Shown here piece after piece: positions 38,121 to 47,673 of a DNA stretch of 64,000 nucleotides. The position numbers and the translations under genes are program-made. The DNA is from an uncultured delta proteobacterium. GTDB lineage: Bacteria; Myxococcota_A; Polyangia; Polyangiales; JAFGIB01. The notes under the pieces are model-generated. The model was not told the DNA's origin. It worked only from the letters and a program-made list of their open reading frames with translations, and did no database searches. How positions within the stretch are numbered: the stretch's first letter is position 1; the number at the start of each line of letters is the position of its first letter. Location: contig CAVZVA010000010.1 of assembly GCA_963778655.1 (NCBI GenBank), positions 768,001 to 832,000 on the forward strand, written 5' to 3'.

Positions 38121-40520
38121 ATGGTCGATCAGCGCAGGGACAAGCGCGCGCCGGCGTCGCTGAAGGTCAAGTACAAGAGCGCCACGGTCGACGAGTTCAT
38201 CGAGCACTTCGGAGCCGACGTGTCGCGCGGCGGCATCTTCGTCAAGACCAAGAAGCCAATTGAAAACGGCGCGCTGCTCAAGCTCGAGCTGCAACTGCAC
38301 GACGCCTCGCCGGTGATCCACGGCATCGGCCGCGTGTGCTGGCGGCGCGAGCAAGTCCAAGATTCCAGCCTGCCGGCCGGAATGGGGATCAAGTTCATCA
38401 AGCTCGACCCCGACAGCCGCGCGGTCGTCGATCGCATCGTGCGCGGGCGCGGGGAGCGGGCTTCGCGCTTCGAGCAAACCCAGGGCGCACAGCTCGCGGC
38501 CGCCTCCGAGCCGCCTTCCGCGCAGCCCGCCAGCGCGCCCGGGTTTGCGGCCGCACCCCCCGCGATGCCGCCGCCGCGGCCGAGCGCGCCGGCCGTAGCG
38601 GCGGCGCGGCGCGAGCCGATCGCTGCGCCGCGTGCGAGCGCGCCCGCGCGTCCCGCGGTCCAGCGACCCAGCAGCACAGGCGTGCGCGTGGCGGGGCTGT
38701 TCGCCGACAGCCCGATCGCGAAGAGCACTGCAAGCGAGGTCCGCAGCGAGGGCGGCAGTCGCAGCGGTTCGTTCTTTCCGCCGGCACCGAGCGGGCGGCC
38801 CGGCTCCAGCCCGCGTGTGGCCACGCCCGCGCCCGCGCGCGCGGCGGCCCGGCTTTCGCCGCCGCCGCCGGCGATCGGATCGGTGCCGCCGCCCAAGCCG
38901 ATCAGCTCTGCGCCGCCGGGCGGACGCCTGAGTCAGGCGCGCCAGTCGGGCCAGTTCCTGGCGGCCGCGTTCGCGGAAGGCGGCGTGGCCGAGGAGACCG
39001 CGACCCAGGCGCGCGCGGTCGCCGAAGGCGGCGATGACGACGTGATCGACGAGCTGTTCGCGGGCGTGGTGGATGAGCCGGTGCGGCCCTCGTCGCCGTC
39101 GGCCACGCGCAGCGGTCCCGGCAGCGTCGACGACGTGTTCGCCGCGCTGAGCGAGGAAGAGGGCCTGAGCGCGCCACCGGTCGTGCCGCGACCGACCCGC
39201 ACGTCGTCACCGGGTTCCTTGCCCGCGCGCCGGCCCTCGTTGCCGGACCCGGTGCCCGGAGCGCGTGCGAGTCAACCCGACAGCGTGGATCAGTTGTTTG
39301 CCGAGCTCGAGGACGAAGCGCCAACCGGCGAGATGCCGCGGCTCCCGTCGGTGCCGCCCCTGCCGCAGCCGGAAGCCGAGATCGAGGGCGAGGAACCCTA
39401 CCGGAGCGATGAGCTCGGCCCCAGCGACGACGAGAGCTTCGGCGAGGCCGACCTGTTCGACGAGCACGCCGCGGCGTCGGCCCCGGCGCTGCCGTCGATT
39501 CCAGTGCTGCCCGCGGACAGCGTGCTGCACCAGCTGGCCGCGCCGCAGCGCTCGTCGTCGTCGCTGCCGTGGATCGTGCTGGGGTTGCTTTTGGCGGGCG
39601 GTGTCGGCGGCTTCCTGTACTACCAGCAGGTGCTGGCGCCGCAGGCGCGCGCGCCGCAACCCGCGCGCGAGCCCGCCGCGCCGCAGGCGCCTGCCGCCGA
39701 GGCCCCGGCGCCCGGCGCGCCCGCGCAGCCCGCGACGGCTGCAGCTGGTGCTGCGGCGCCGGCGCAAGCCGAGGGTCCGGTCAAGACCGTGGAGATCGAG
39801 GTGTCCTCGCTGCCGCGCGCGTCGGACATCAGCGTCGACGGCAAGCAGGTCGGCACCACGCCCAAGCACGTGCCGCTACCCGTGGGCCGCCCCGCGCAGG
39901 TGACCGTGAGCAGCGCGGGTTACGCAGCGATGACCAAGACGGTGGTTGCGGGCGCGGACACTCAACCGCTGCGCTTCCGGCTGGAGGCGCTGCCGTACTC
40001 ACTGCTCGTGCGCACCGATCCGCCCTCTGCTGCGCTCACGGTCGGCGACACACACGCGCTGTCGCCGGCTCCGCTCGAGCTCGGACATCTCGACGGAAGC
40101 GTGCAGGTCAGCATCGCCAAGGACGGCTTTCAGCGCATGACGCGGCAGGTACGCCTCGACGAGTTCACGGAGAAGGACGGGGTGATGCGCGCCGAGATCG
40201 AGGTGACGCTGAGCCCGCTGCCCGGCGCGTCCGCGACTCCGGCACCAGCGCACCCGCGCTCGCACCACGTCCACGTGCCGCGCCGCGAGCGCACCGAGCC
40301 CCCGCCGCCGCCGGAGCCGCCCGCCGCGCCTGCGCCCGCGCCGAGCGCGCCGAGCGCGCCCGCGGCCGCCGCGCCCGCGCCGAGCGCGCCCGCGGCCGCC
40401 GCGCCCGCGCCGAGCACACCAGCGGCCAAGCCCGAGCCTCCCGAGCCCCCGCCCCCGCCCTCGCCGCCCCCACCAACCGAGCGCCCGGTCGAAAGCCCCC
40501 GCCCGACCCTCGAGCTTTAG
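38121..40520 (+). CDS. Myxobacterial PilZ-type (TIGR02266-like) domain, Pro-rich linker, TM helix and PEGA domains
   Basis: RRDKRAP..DVSRGGIFVKT..GMGIKF, TM WIVLGLLLAGG, ISVDGKQVGTTP. Confidence 0.85.
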   Translation: MVDQRRDKRAPASLKVKYKSATVDEFIEHFGADVSRGGIFVKTKKPIENGALLKLELQLHDASPVIHGIGRVCWRREQVQDSSLPAGMGIKFIKLDPDSRAVVDRIVRGRGERASRFEQTQGAQLAAASEPPSAQPASAPGFAAAPPAMPPPRPSAPAVAAARREPIAAPRASAPARPAVQRPSSTGVRVAGLFADSPIAKSTASEVRSEGGSRSGSFFPPAPSGRPGSSPRVATPAPARAAARLSPPPPAIGSVPPPKPISSAPPGGRLSQARQSGQFLAAAFAEGGVAEETATQARAVAEGGDDDVIDELFAGVVDEPVRPSSPSATRSGPGSVDDVFAALSEEEGLSAPPVVPRPTRTSSPGSLPARRPSLPDPVPGARASQPDSVDQLFAELEDEAPTGEMPRLPSVPPLPQPEAEIEGEEPYRSDELGPSDDESFGEADLFDEHAAASAPALPSIPVLPADSVLHQLAAPQRSSSSLPWIVLGLLLAGGVGGFLYYQQVLAPQARAPQPAREPAAPQAPAAEAPAPGAPAQPATAAAGAAAPAQAEGPVKTVEIEVSSLPRASDISVDGKQVGTTPKHVPLPVGRPAQVTVSSAGYAAMTKTVVAGADTQPLRFRLEALPYSLLVRTDPPSAALTVGDTHALSPAPLELGHLDGSVQVSIAKDGFQRMTRQVRLDEFTEKDGVMRAEIEVTLSPLPGASATPAPAHPRSHHVHVPRRERTEPPPPPEPPAAPAPAPSAPSAPAAAAPAPSAPAAAAPAPSTPAAKPEPPEPPPPPSPPPPTERPVESPRPTLEL

Positions 40521-40561
40521 GCTAGCTCCCGTCCAGGAATGCAGCGGCCCTGGGGCCAAGA

Positions 40562-40637
40562 GATCCACAGGAAGACGGGAAGACGGGAAGTCCCGAGTCT
40601 TTTGTCCTTCTCGCCTTCCCGTCTTGCTGTCGAATCC
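40562..40637. repeat. Family-B inverted repeat element
   Basis: GATCCACAGGAAGACGGGAAGACGGGAAG ... CTTCTCGCCTTCCCGTCTTGCTGTCGAATCC. Confidence 0.75.
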
Positions 40638-40692
40638 TCCGAAGAGCTAAGGCTCGGGTCGACCCTCGAGCCTCATGGTGTAGAGTCCGCGC

Positions 40693-41388
40693 GTGATTCC
40701 GCTGCGCGACATCGCACCGATCCGCTCGCGCCCGCTGGTGACGTACCTGCTGATCGCAGCCAATACGCTGGTGTTTCTGTACCAGGCGTCGTTGCCGCAT
40801 GCGGCCGGCGAGGCGTTTGCCTACCGCTACGGCATGGTGCCGTACTTCCTGGCCCAGGATCCGCGATTGGCCAGCCTGGGCACGCCCTTTACCAGCATGT
40901 TCATGCACGGCAGCTGGTTTCACCTGATCTCGAACATGTGGTTTCTGCATATCTTCGGCGACAACGTCGAGGATGCTCTGGGGCGAGGGAGGTTTCTGCT
41001 GTTTTACTTGCTGTGCGGTCTGCTCGCGGCCGGCGCGCAGCTGTGGGTCGACCCCAGCAGCCGCGTGCCGATGATCGGTGCCTCGGGCGCGATCGCGGGT
41101 GTGCTCGGCGCGTATTTCCGCATCCTGCCCAACGCGCGCGTGGTCACCCTGATCCCGATCTTCTTCTTCTTCATCGTGCGCGAGCTGCCGGCGGTGTTCT
41201 TCATCGTGATCTGGTTCCTGTTGCAGCTGGTCAGCGGCATCGGCTCGCTCGGCTATGCGCAGCAGAGCGGCGGGGTCGCGTTCTTCGCGCACATCGGCGG
41301 CTTCCTCGGCGGACTGTGGCTGGTCGGTGTGTTCGGCGCCCGGCGCAACAGCCGCGCCGGCTTCCGCTCGCGGCGCGACTATGGCTGA
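40693..41388 (+). CDS. Rhomboid intramembrane serine protease
   Basis: SMFMHGSWFHLISNM, IGASGAIAG, AHIGGF. Confidence 0.95.
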   Translation: MIPLRDIAPIRSRPLVTYLLIAANTLVFLYQASLPHAAGEAFAYRYGMVPYFLAQDPRLASLGTPFTSMFMHGSWFHLISNMWFLHIFGDNVEDALGRGRFLLFYLLCGLLAAGAQLWVDPSSRVPMIGASGAIAGVLGAYFRILPNARVVTLIPIFFFFIVRELPAVFFIVIWFLLQLVSGIGSLGYAQQSGGVAFFAHIGGFLGGLWLVGVFGARRNSRAGFRSRRDYG

Positions 41389-43447
41389 GGGGAAGCGGGG
41401 CACGAGCGAGCGAAGCGAGCCGCGCGGACGGCTGGGGCCCCCGCAGGGCCGGGCTTTGCTGGCGGGGCGGGAGGGTCACGCGACCCTCCCGGATCTGGAG
41501 CGTTTCCTAGGGCCTTCGGGGGCGCTTGCGGCGAGCATGCCTGGCTACGAGCCCAGGAGCGTGCAGCTGCAGATGGCGCACGCGGTGCAGCGCGCGCTCT
41601 TGCGCGATGAGCTGCTGGTGGTGGAGGCCGGCACCGGCACGGGCAAGACGCTGGCGTATCTGCTGCCGGCGCTGCTGTGCGGGCGCAAGGTGGTGGTGTC
41701 GACCGGCACCAAGACGCTGCAGGACCAGATCGTGCAGCACGACGTCCCGCTGCTCGCGCGCCTGCTCGGCTATGCGCCCGAGGTCGCGTGCATGAAGGGC
41801 CTCAACAACTACCTGTGCCTGCGCCGCTACGACGAGTTTCGGCACGGCGTCGCCGCACTCAGCCCGCGCCATCAGCGCCAGTTGCCGCTGCTGTCGGCCT
41901 GGGCCGAGCGCACCGGCAGCGGCGACCGCGCCGAGCTCGAGCTGCCCGACGCCGCCTCGATCTGGAGCGAGGTGCACAGCGGCTCCGACACCCGCATCGG
42001 CCCCAAGTGCAGCTACTACGACGCCTGCTTCGTCACGCGCATGCGCGCGCAGGCCGAGCGCGCGCAGGTGGTGGTGGTCAACCACCACCTGTACTTCGCG
42101 GACCTGGCGCTGCGCGGCAGCGGGCCGGCTGGCGTGATCCCGGAGCACGAGGCGGTGATCTTCGACGAGGCGCACCTGATCGAGGACATCGCCACCGACT
42201 TCTTCGGCGTGTTGGTTTCGAGCACGCGCCTGCAGGTGTTGCTGCGCGATGCCGGGCGCGCGCTGGGCGCGGCCGGGCTCGGGCTGCAGGCCGAGCGCCT
42301 GCTGGCGCAGGCCGGCGAGCTCGGCGACGCGTTCTTCGCGGCGCTGCCGCGCGCGGCCGGCTCCGAGGGCGGCCGCACGCCGCTCGCGTCCGAGACCTTC
42401 GCCGATCGCCTGCAGCAGCCGATGTTCGCGCTCGACAACGCGCTCGACGGGCTGGCCTCGCTGTGCAAGCGCCGCGCGGACGCCGGCGAGGCGGTGGCGC
42501 AGATCGCGCGCCGCGCCGACCAGCTGCGCGACGACCTGGCGACCGTCGCCGACGGCGGCGGCCGCGGGCGCGTGTGCTTCACGCAAGCGCGCGGCCGCAG
42601 CGTCAGCCTGGGCGCAAGCCCGATCGCCGTGGCCGAGGTGCTGCGCGAGCGCTTGTTCGATCGCGGCGGCGCAGTGGTGCTGACCAGCGCCACGCTGGCC
42701 GCGGACGGCAGCTTCGAGTTTCTGCGCTCGCGTCTCGGCATCCGCGGCGCGGCGCAGGAGCTGCTGCTCGCCTCGCCCTTCGATTACCCGGAGCAGGCCG
42801 CGCTGTACCTGCCCGAGCGGCTGCCCGACCCGCGGGAGCCCGGCTACCTCGCGGCGGCCGAGCGAGAGATCGAAGCGCTGGTCGCGCTCACCGACGGCGG
42901 CGCGTTCGTGCTCTGCACCTCGCTGCGCGCGATGCGCGCGCTCGGCGAGACGCTGCGTAGCAAGCTCGGCCGCAGCGTGCTGATGCAAGGCGAGGCGCCC
43001 AACGCGGCCTTGCTCGAGCGCTTTCGGCAAGACGGGCGGGCGGTGCTGGTCGCGACCGCGAGCTTCTGGCAGGGCGTGGACGTGCCCGGGCCCGCGCTGC
43101 GGTTGGTGGTGATCGACAAGCTGCCGTTCGACGTGCCCAGCGATCCGCTGATCGCTGCGCGCTGCGCGCGGCTGCAGGAGCAGGGCGAGCAGCCGTTCAT
43201 GAAGTACCTGGTGCCGTCGGCCGCGCTCGCGCTCAAGCAGGGCTTCGGCCGCTTGATCCGCAGCCGCCGCGATCGCGGGGTGGTCGCGATCCTCGACAGC
43301 CGGCTGTCGCGCAAAGGCTACGGCAAGGCGCTGCTGCGCAGCTTGCCGCCTGCCACGCGCTGTAGGACGATGCCCGAGGTGGTGCGGTTCTGGCAGCGCA
43401 CGCAGGAGCTCGAGGCGGAGGGCAGCGGTGCGCCCGCTTCACGCTGA
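41381..43447 (+). CDS. DinG/YoaA-family ATP-dependent DNA helicase
   Basis: EAGTGTGKT, NYLC and Fe-S cysteines, VNHHL, DEAH, LTSATL, SFWQGVDVPG, QGFGRLIR. Confidence 0.95.
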   Translation: MAEGKRGTSERSEPRGRLGPPQGRALLAGREGHATLPDLERFLGPSGALAASMPGYEPRSVQLQMAHAVQRALLRDELLVVEAGTGTGKTLAYLLPALLCGRKVVVSTGTKTLQDQIVQHDVPLLARLLGYAPEVACMKGLNNYLCLRRYDEFRHGVAALSPRHQRQLPLLSAWAERTGSGDRAELELPDAASIWSEVHSGSDTRIGPKCSYYDACFVTRMRAQAERAQVVVVNHHLYFADLALRGSGPAGVIPEHEAVIFDEAHLIEDIATDFFGVLVSSTRLQVLLRDAGRALGAAGLGLQAERLLAQAGELGDAFFAALPRAAGSEGGRTPLASETFADRLQQPMFALDNALDGLASLCKRRADAGEAVAQIARRADQLRDDLATVADGGGRGRVCFTQARGRSVSLGASPIAVAEVLRERLFDRGGAVVLTSATLAADGSFEFLRSRLGIRGAAQELLLASPFDYPEQAALYLPERLPDPREPGYLAAAEREIEALVALTDGGAFVLCTSLRAMRALGETLRSKLGRSVLMQGEAPNAALLERFRQDGRAVLVATASFWQGVDVPGPALRLVVIDKLPFDVPSDPLIAARCARLQEQGEQPFMKYLVPSAALALKQGFGRLIRSRRDRGVVAILDSRLSRKGYGKALLRSLPPATRCRTMPEVVRFWQRTQELEAEGSGAPASR
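41400..41490 (+). repeat. Family-A repeat inside the predicted 5' end of the helicase gene
   Basis: TGGGGCCCC..GGCTTTGCTGGCGGGGCGGGAGGGTCACGCGACCCTCCC, in frame with ATG 41381. Confidence 0.7.
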
Positions 43448-44861
43448 CGGCCGCGGCGCGCGCGGGGCCTTGCTGTTGCTCGCGGCCTGCGCGCTGGGCT
43501 GCAGCTCCGCGCCGCGGCCCGAGCAGCCGCCGGAGAGCTCGCCCAAGCCGCGGGCCAGCGCGCAGGCGGCGCCCGCGCCGAGGGCTGCATCCGGCAACGC
43601 GCCGGCTGCTGCGGCCGCCGCGCCCGCGCCGGCTCAGGCCGCGAGCGCACAAGCGGCGCAGGAAGCGACCGACGTGGAGCAGGCGCTGGCCTACGATCCC
43701 AAGGATCCGCTGGCCAACCTCGAGGCGGCCGACGCGCTCGATCACATGGCGCGCAGGCCCGAAGGCAAGGGCGACGCGCGGCCTCCGCGCGGAGGCTGCG
43801 CGCTGCTCGATGCGGGCATGCGGGTGTGGCCGGTGGCGGGGCCCAGCGCGATTGCGGCCGTGGGCAAGGGCTTCGTGGTCGCAGGCTACGCGCAGCACGA
43901 GGGGCGCGAGCAGATCTTCGTGGTGCACGTGCCGGCGGGCGGCACGCCCGAGCCGATCGCGGCCTTCGAGGTCAAGCCGGCGTATCCGCGCGCGCGGACC
44001 GCGCCGCCCGGGCTCGACGCGCGCGACGAGAACGACCTGACCGTGGCCTTCGTCGATGGCGACGGCAAGCTGTGGGCGCGCGGGCTGCGTGTGGGCCGCG
44101 GCGGCGGCGGCGCGGCGGTCGAGATCGCGAGCGCGGTCGACGCGCGCTTCGCGCCCGCGCTCACCGCCAACGAGGACCGCACGCTGCTGGCGTGGACCGC
44201 GGGCTCGACGCCGATGCACACGCACCTGGCCGTGCTCTCGAGCGAAGGCCGCGTGCTCTCGCGTCACGACGTCACCCCGGCTGCGATGGGCGCGGCGGCG
44301 CCCAGCTTCGTCTCCGGCGCCAACCCGCCGGTGCTGGTGGCGCTCGACGCGCGCGAGGGCATGTCGCCGATCCTGCGCATCGACATCGGCAACCACGGCG
44401 AGCCGCAGCCGGCGCAGGTGGCGCTGCCGGTGGGCATGGTACTGGCGCCGCCGCAGCTGGCCGCAGCCTCGAGCTCGGTCGGCACCTACGTCGCATACAC
44501 CGGGCTCGGCTCGGCCGCGACCAGCGCGATCGGTCTGGTCGCGATCGCGCCCGTGGCCGGGCATCCCGAGGCCCTGGTCAAGGGTACGGCCTACGGCCCG
44601 CTGTACCTGTCGGCGGCGGCGGCGCCGCGCGCGCTGCTGTTCGCGGCCGACGCGCCGATGCAGCCGGGCAAGGACCCGCCGCACGAGATCCACGTGCACG
44701 TGGTCGGCATGCGGGGACCGGGCCCAGCCGCGGTGATCCGCGCGCCCGGTGGCGCGTCGCACGCGTCGCTTGCCCGCGCCGAGGGCGGCAGCGTGGGCGT
44801 GGCGTTCACGGCGCCGGCGGGGGTGTATCTGGCGCGCCTGCGTTGCGACGACGGGGGCTGA
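43428..44861 (+). CDS. Hypothetical lipoprotein (probable beta-propeller)
   Basis: Lipobox ALGC, Pro/Ala linker and repeated beta-strand patterns. Confidence 0.6.
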   Translation: MRPLHADGRGARGALLLLAACALGCSSAPRPEQPPESSPKPRASAQAAPAPRAASGNAPAAAAAAPAPAQAASAQAAQEATDVEQALAYDPKDPLANLEAADALDHMARRPEGKGDARPPRGGCALLDAGMRVWPVAGPSAIAAVGKGFVVAGYAQHEGREQIFVVHVPAGGTPEPIAAFEVKPAYPRARTAPPGLDARDENDLTVAFVDGDGKLWARGLRVGRGGGGAAVEIASAVDARFAPALTANEDRTLLAWTAGSTPMHTHLAVLSSEGRVLSRHDVTPAAMGAAAPSFVSGANPPVLVALDAREGMSPILRIDIGNHGEPQPAQVALPVGMVLAPPQLAAASSSVGTYVAYTGLGSAATSAIGLVAIAPVAGHPEALVKGTAYGPLYLSAAAAPRALLFAADAPMQPGKDPPHEIHVHVVGMRGPGPAAVIRAPGGASHASLARAEGGSVGVAFTAPAGVYLARLRCDDGG

Positions 44862-45633
44862 GCCGCGCGTCGGCCAGCGCATCGAGCCGCAGGTGCAGCG
44901 CTTGGGCCGGCGCGTTGAAGTAGCGCGGGTCTTGTAGCCGCGCGGCGAGCGCGGCGTCGAGCGCGCGCAGCAGCGCCGTACCGTCGTCGGGCAGCGCGCT
45001 GCAGGTCAGCACGTGCGCGGACGCGCCTGGGCAGGGTCGACGGGTGACCAGGTGCTCCAGCAGCGCGTGCCCGAACGGCACTACGCGCGCCCGGCCCGCG
45101 CCTGCGAGCGCCTGCAAGCGCGGTGGGAGCGCCGCCGGCGCGAGGCCCTGGAGCGCTGCGGCCGCGTCGGGCCACGCCGCGATCACCACGCCGCCTTCGT
45201 CGAACAGCGTGAGCGCATCCTGCTCGGCGCTGCGCGCCGGCGGCAGCCGCGTCGCGCCGGGCGCGATCCGCGCCTGCAGCAGCCGGCACTGGCGCGCGTG
45301 CAGCGCGTGCTTGCTGTTGGGCCAGGTCGCAAAGCACAGCGCGTTCAGCAGGTCGTGCCAATTGCCGATCCGCGTCGGCACCACGCCCTGCAGCGCGATG
45401 CGGCCATCGTAGAGCTCGCCGACCACCACCTCGCCCGCGCGGCGGCCACGCCGCAAGTTGGGCCCAAAGCGCAACGCCGGCAGCTCCCGCCCGCGCGTGA
45501 GCGCGTCGTACACCGCATCGAGCTCAGCCCACGAGGGCCACTCTGCGCAGCCGCCGAGCGCTCCGGCCGCCCGCCCCAGCGGCCAAAGCCAAGGGCTACG
45601 CCCCACGAACCCCGCATCCCAACCCGCATCCAT
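44806..45633 (-). CDS. DUF3025 family protein
   Basis: YDGRI..G.VPTR..NWHDLLNAL..WP.SK.ALHARQ, DALTLFDEGG, FGHALLEHL. Confidence 0.85.
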   Translation of the reverse strand: MDAGWDAGFVGRSPWLWPLGRAAGALGGCAEWPSWAELDAVYDALTRGRELPALRFGPNLRRGRRAGEVVVGELYDGRIALQGVVPTRIGNWHDLLNALCFATWPNSKHALHARQCRLLQARIAPGATRLPPARSAEQDALTLFDEGGVVIAAWPDAAAALQGLAPAALPPRLQALAGAGRARVVPFGHALLEHLVTRRPCPGASAHVLTCSALPDDGTALLRALDAALAARLQDPRYFNAPAQALHLRLDALADARLSPRRRNAGAPDTPPPAP

Positions 45634-45804
45634 GCAAACCCCAGCCTAAATGACCGATCACGATTCGGGAACGGCCATGCCGAGAGGGTGAATGCGCGAG
45701 GCTTTGCCTCGCGCACAGGGAGTCGGCGCGACTCCCTGACAATCACCTGACAATCAAAGGAGAAATCAGAGTTTGTGATTCGATTCCGAATCGCGAACTC
45801 TGAT

Positions 45805-46932
45805 CTAGGGCCCGCACACCGGCTCAGAGCCCGGCCGGGTCCCGCGCAGCTGGTCGAGCTCGCGCTGCAGCGTCTCGATCTGCTGCTGCTGCACCTTGAT
45901 CGCGGCCACCGCCATGCTCAGGTAGCCGTACATGTTCACGTGATCTCCGGCCACGGCCACGCTTGGCTCGATGTCGTCGATGATGAACCCGAGCTGCGGC
46001 ACCGCCGGCGCGTCCTTGTAGCGGTACGACGCCAGCGGCACGCTCATCAGCTCGTCGTGGTACTGCTGCAGCTGCTGCTGATCGAGGTAGCTGATGTCGC
46101 GCTTGAAGCGCGCGCGCGAGCGCGGGCAGGTGACCGGGGCCATGGTCGCGCAGACATAGGTCGCGCCACAGCTGGCCACGCCGTCACAGCGCTCGCCTTC
46201 GGTCGTGCACGGATCGCCGAGCTTCTGCGTGGTGCAATTGGGGATGCTCGGGTCGTCGAAGGGCGTGGGATCGGAGCTGCAGACCGGCGCGCCGCAGCTG
46301 GTGAACCAGCGCAGCGAGCCGCCGCCGCCGCCCGTGGCGCCGTTCGCCAGACACTGCGTCAGCTCCGGCGTCATGGTCCAGCCGCAGTGGCCGCCGGCCT
46401 GCGCCGCGCAGGTCGCGTTCTTGTAGCAGGCGAACTCCGGGCGATAGATGCAGTCCGAGGCCACCGGGCCGGCGGCCTTGTCGGTGCACAGCTCGCTGGA
46501 GCAACCACCTACGATGCACTCGGAGGGCGCGGTGCCGGCGTCCCTTCCGCCTGCGCCGTCTTCGGGGCATTGCCACGCCCAGCGGCCGCTCTGGCACACC
46601 GGCGTTCCGCACGATCCGTCGTTGCACACGCGGCACAGCGCCGGAATCGCCGAGCCGCAATCCGCCGTGCTGCCGCTGCCGCCCGAGCCGTTGCCTCCGC
46701 TGCCACTGCTGCTGCCGCCGTCGGCCAGCATCGCAGTGCCGTCGCCGCCCGGGTTGCCGGCGCCGCTGCCGCCGCGCCCGGTCGAGTTGCCGGTGCCGCT
46801 GCCGGCCTGGCTGTTGCCCGGGCTGCTGCCGCCGTCCTGCTTGACGTCGCTGCTGAGCTGCGTCGTCTTCGGGCACCCGTCCAGCAGCAACCCCAGCGCA
46901 AGCGCGCTCGCCCACAGTTCTCGCCGCCCCAT
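45805..46932 (-). CDS. Cys-rich lipoprotein with a C-terminal peptidase-S74 intramolecular chaperone (ICA) domain
   Basis: Lipobox LDGC. Eight-Cys-cluster-like CIVGGCSSELC..CIYRPEFACY..C..CGW..C. SRARFKRDI..YRYK..LGFIIDDI..AIKVQQQQIETL coiled coil. Confidence 0.78.
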   Translation of the reverse strand: MGRRELWASALALGLLLDGCPKTTQLSSDVKQDGGSSPGNSQAGSGTGNSTGRGGSGAGNPGGDGTAMLADGGSSSGSGGNGSGGSGSTADCGSAIPALCRVCNDGSCGTPVCQSGRWAWQCPEDGAGGRDAGTAPSECIVGGCSSELCTDKAAGPVASDCIYRPEFACYKNATCAAQAGGHCGWTMTPELTQCLANGATGGGGGSLRWFTSCGAPVCSSDPTPFDDPSIPNCTTQKLGDPCTTEGERCDGVASCGATYVCATMAPVTCPRSRARFKRDISYLDQQQLQQYHDELMSVPLASYRYKDAPAVPQLGFIIDDIEPSVAVAGDHVNMYGYLSMAVAAIKVQQQQIETLQRELDQLRGTRPGSEPVCGP

Positions 46933-47016
46933 CGCCAGCCTCCGTGCGTCCGAGACCCCACCCGGGCCTCGCTTCCAAGCATAGCTGGAAGCTGGGACGT
47001 GCGCCGCTGGTTCGGG

Positions 47017-47448
47017 TCAGCGCGCGCGCGCGAGTGCGTCGTGATTGCGACCCGGCAGCAGCTCGGTCGCGCAGGGCAAGCCCGCGGCGCGCCAGCCCGG
47101 CTCGAGCGCGCGCCCGAACGCGTCGCGGCGGCCTTCGAAGCCCGCGCGTAGCTCGACCACGCTGGTGAGCCCCGCTTGCAGCAGCAGCTCGGCCGCGGTC
47201 AGGGAGCGCACCCCGCTCTGGCAGCCGACCACGAGCCTGGCGTCGGTGCCGAGCGCACCCACCACCACCCGCACGAAGTCGGGGTTGTCGCGCATGCCCT
47301 GGGGCGTGCGCAGGCGTAGCGGCACGTTGTACGCGCCCTCGGGATGACCGAGCGCGCACTCTTCGGCGCTGCGCACGTCGAGGTACAGATAACCCTGCTC
47401 CTGCATCAAGCGATGCGCTTCGTGCGGCGAGATGCGGGGGTGCGGCAC
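47017..47448 (-). CDS. Rhodanese-like protein
   Basis: YLDVRSAEE..GHPEGAYNVP, VGCQSGVRS. Confidence 0.9.
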   Translation of the reverse strand: MPHPRISPHEAHRLMQEQGYLYLDVRSAEECALGHPEGAYNVPLRLRTPQGMRDNPDFVRVVVGALGTDARLVVGCQSGVRSLTAAELLLQAGLTSVVELRAGFEGRRDAFGRALEPGWRAAGLPCATELLPGRNHDALARAR

Positions 47449-47673
47449 GCCGGGAGCATAGCGCGCGGAGCTGGGGCGCGGGGCGAAGGCGGGGCGAGGA
47501 CACCGACTAGAGCACCGAACCTATTGAAACACGCACGATTTCGGGGCCCTCGCGTGCGCATGGCACGCGCGCTCCCCGCTCGACGTAGGATGGACTACGC
47601 CTTCGGGCTCCGGCCCGCACCCTGCATCCCGCCATGACCCCGACTTCGCACACGTTTCAATATGTTCGGTGCT

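Noticed and set aside
47561..47580. Sigma-54 promoter (TGGCACG)
   Set aside because: The -24 element is present but there is no TTGC at -12. Similar partial matches near 5626 and 21812-21830 were also dropped.
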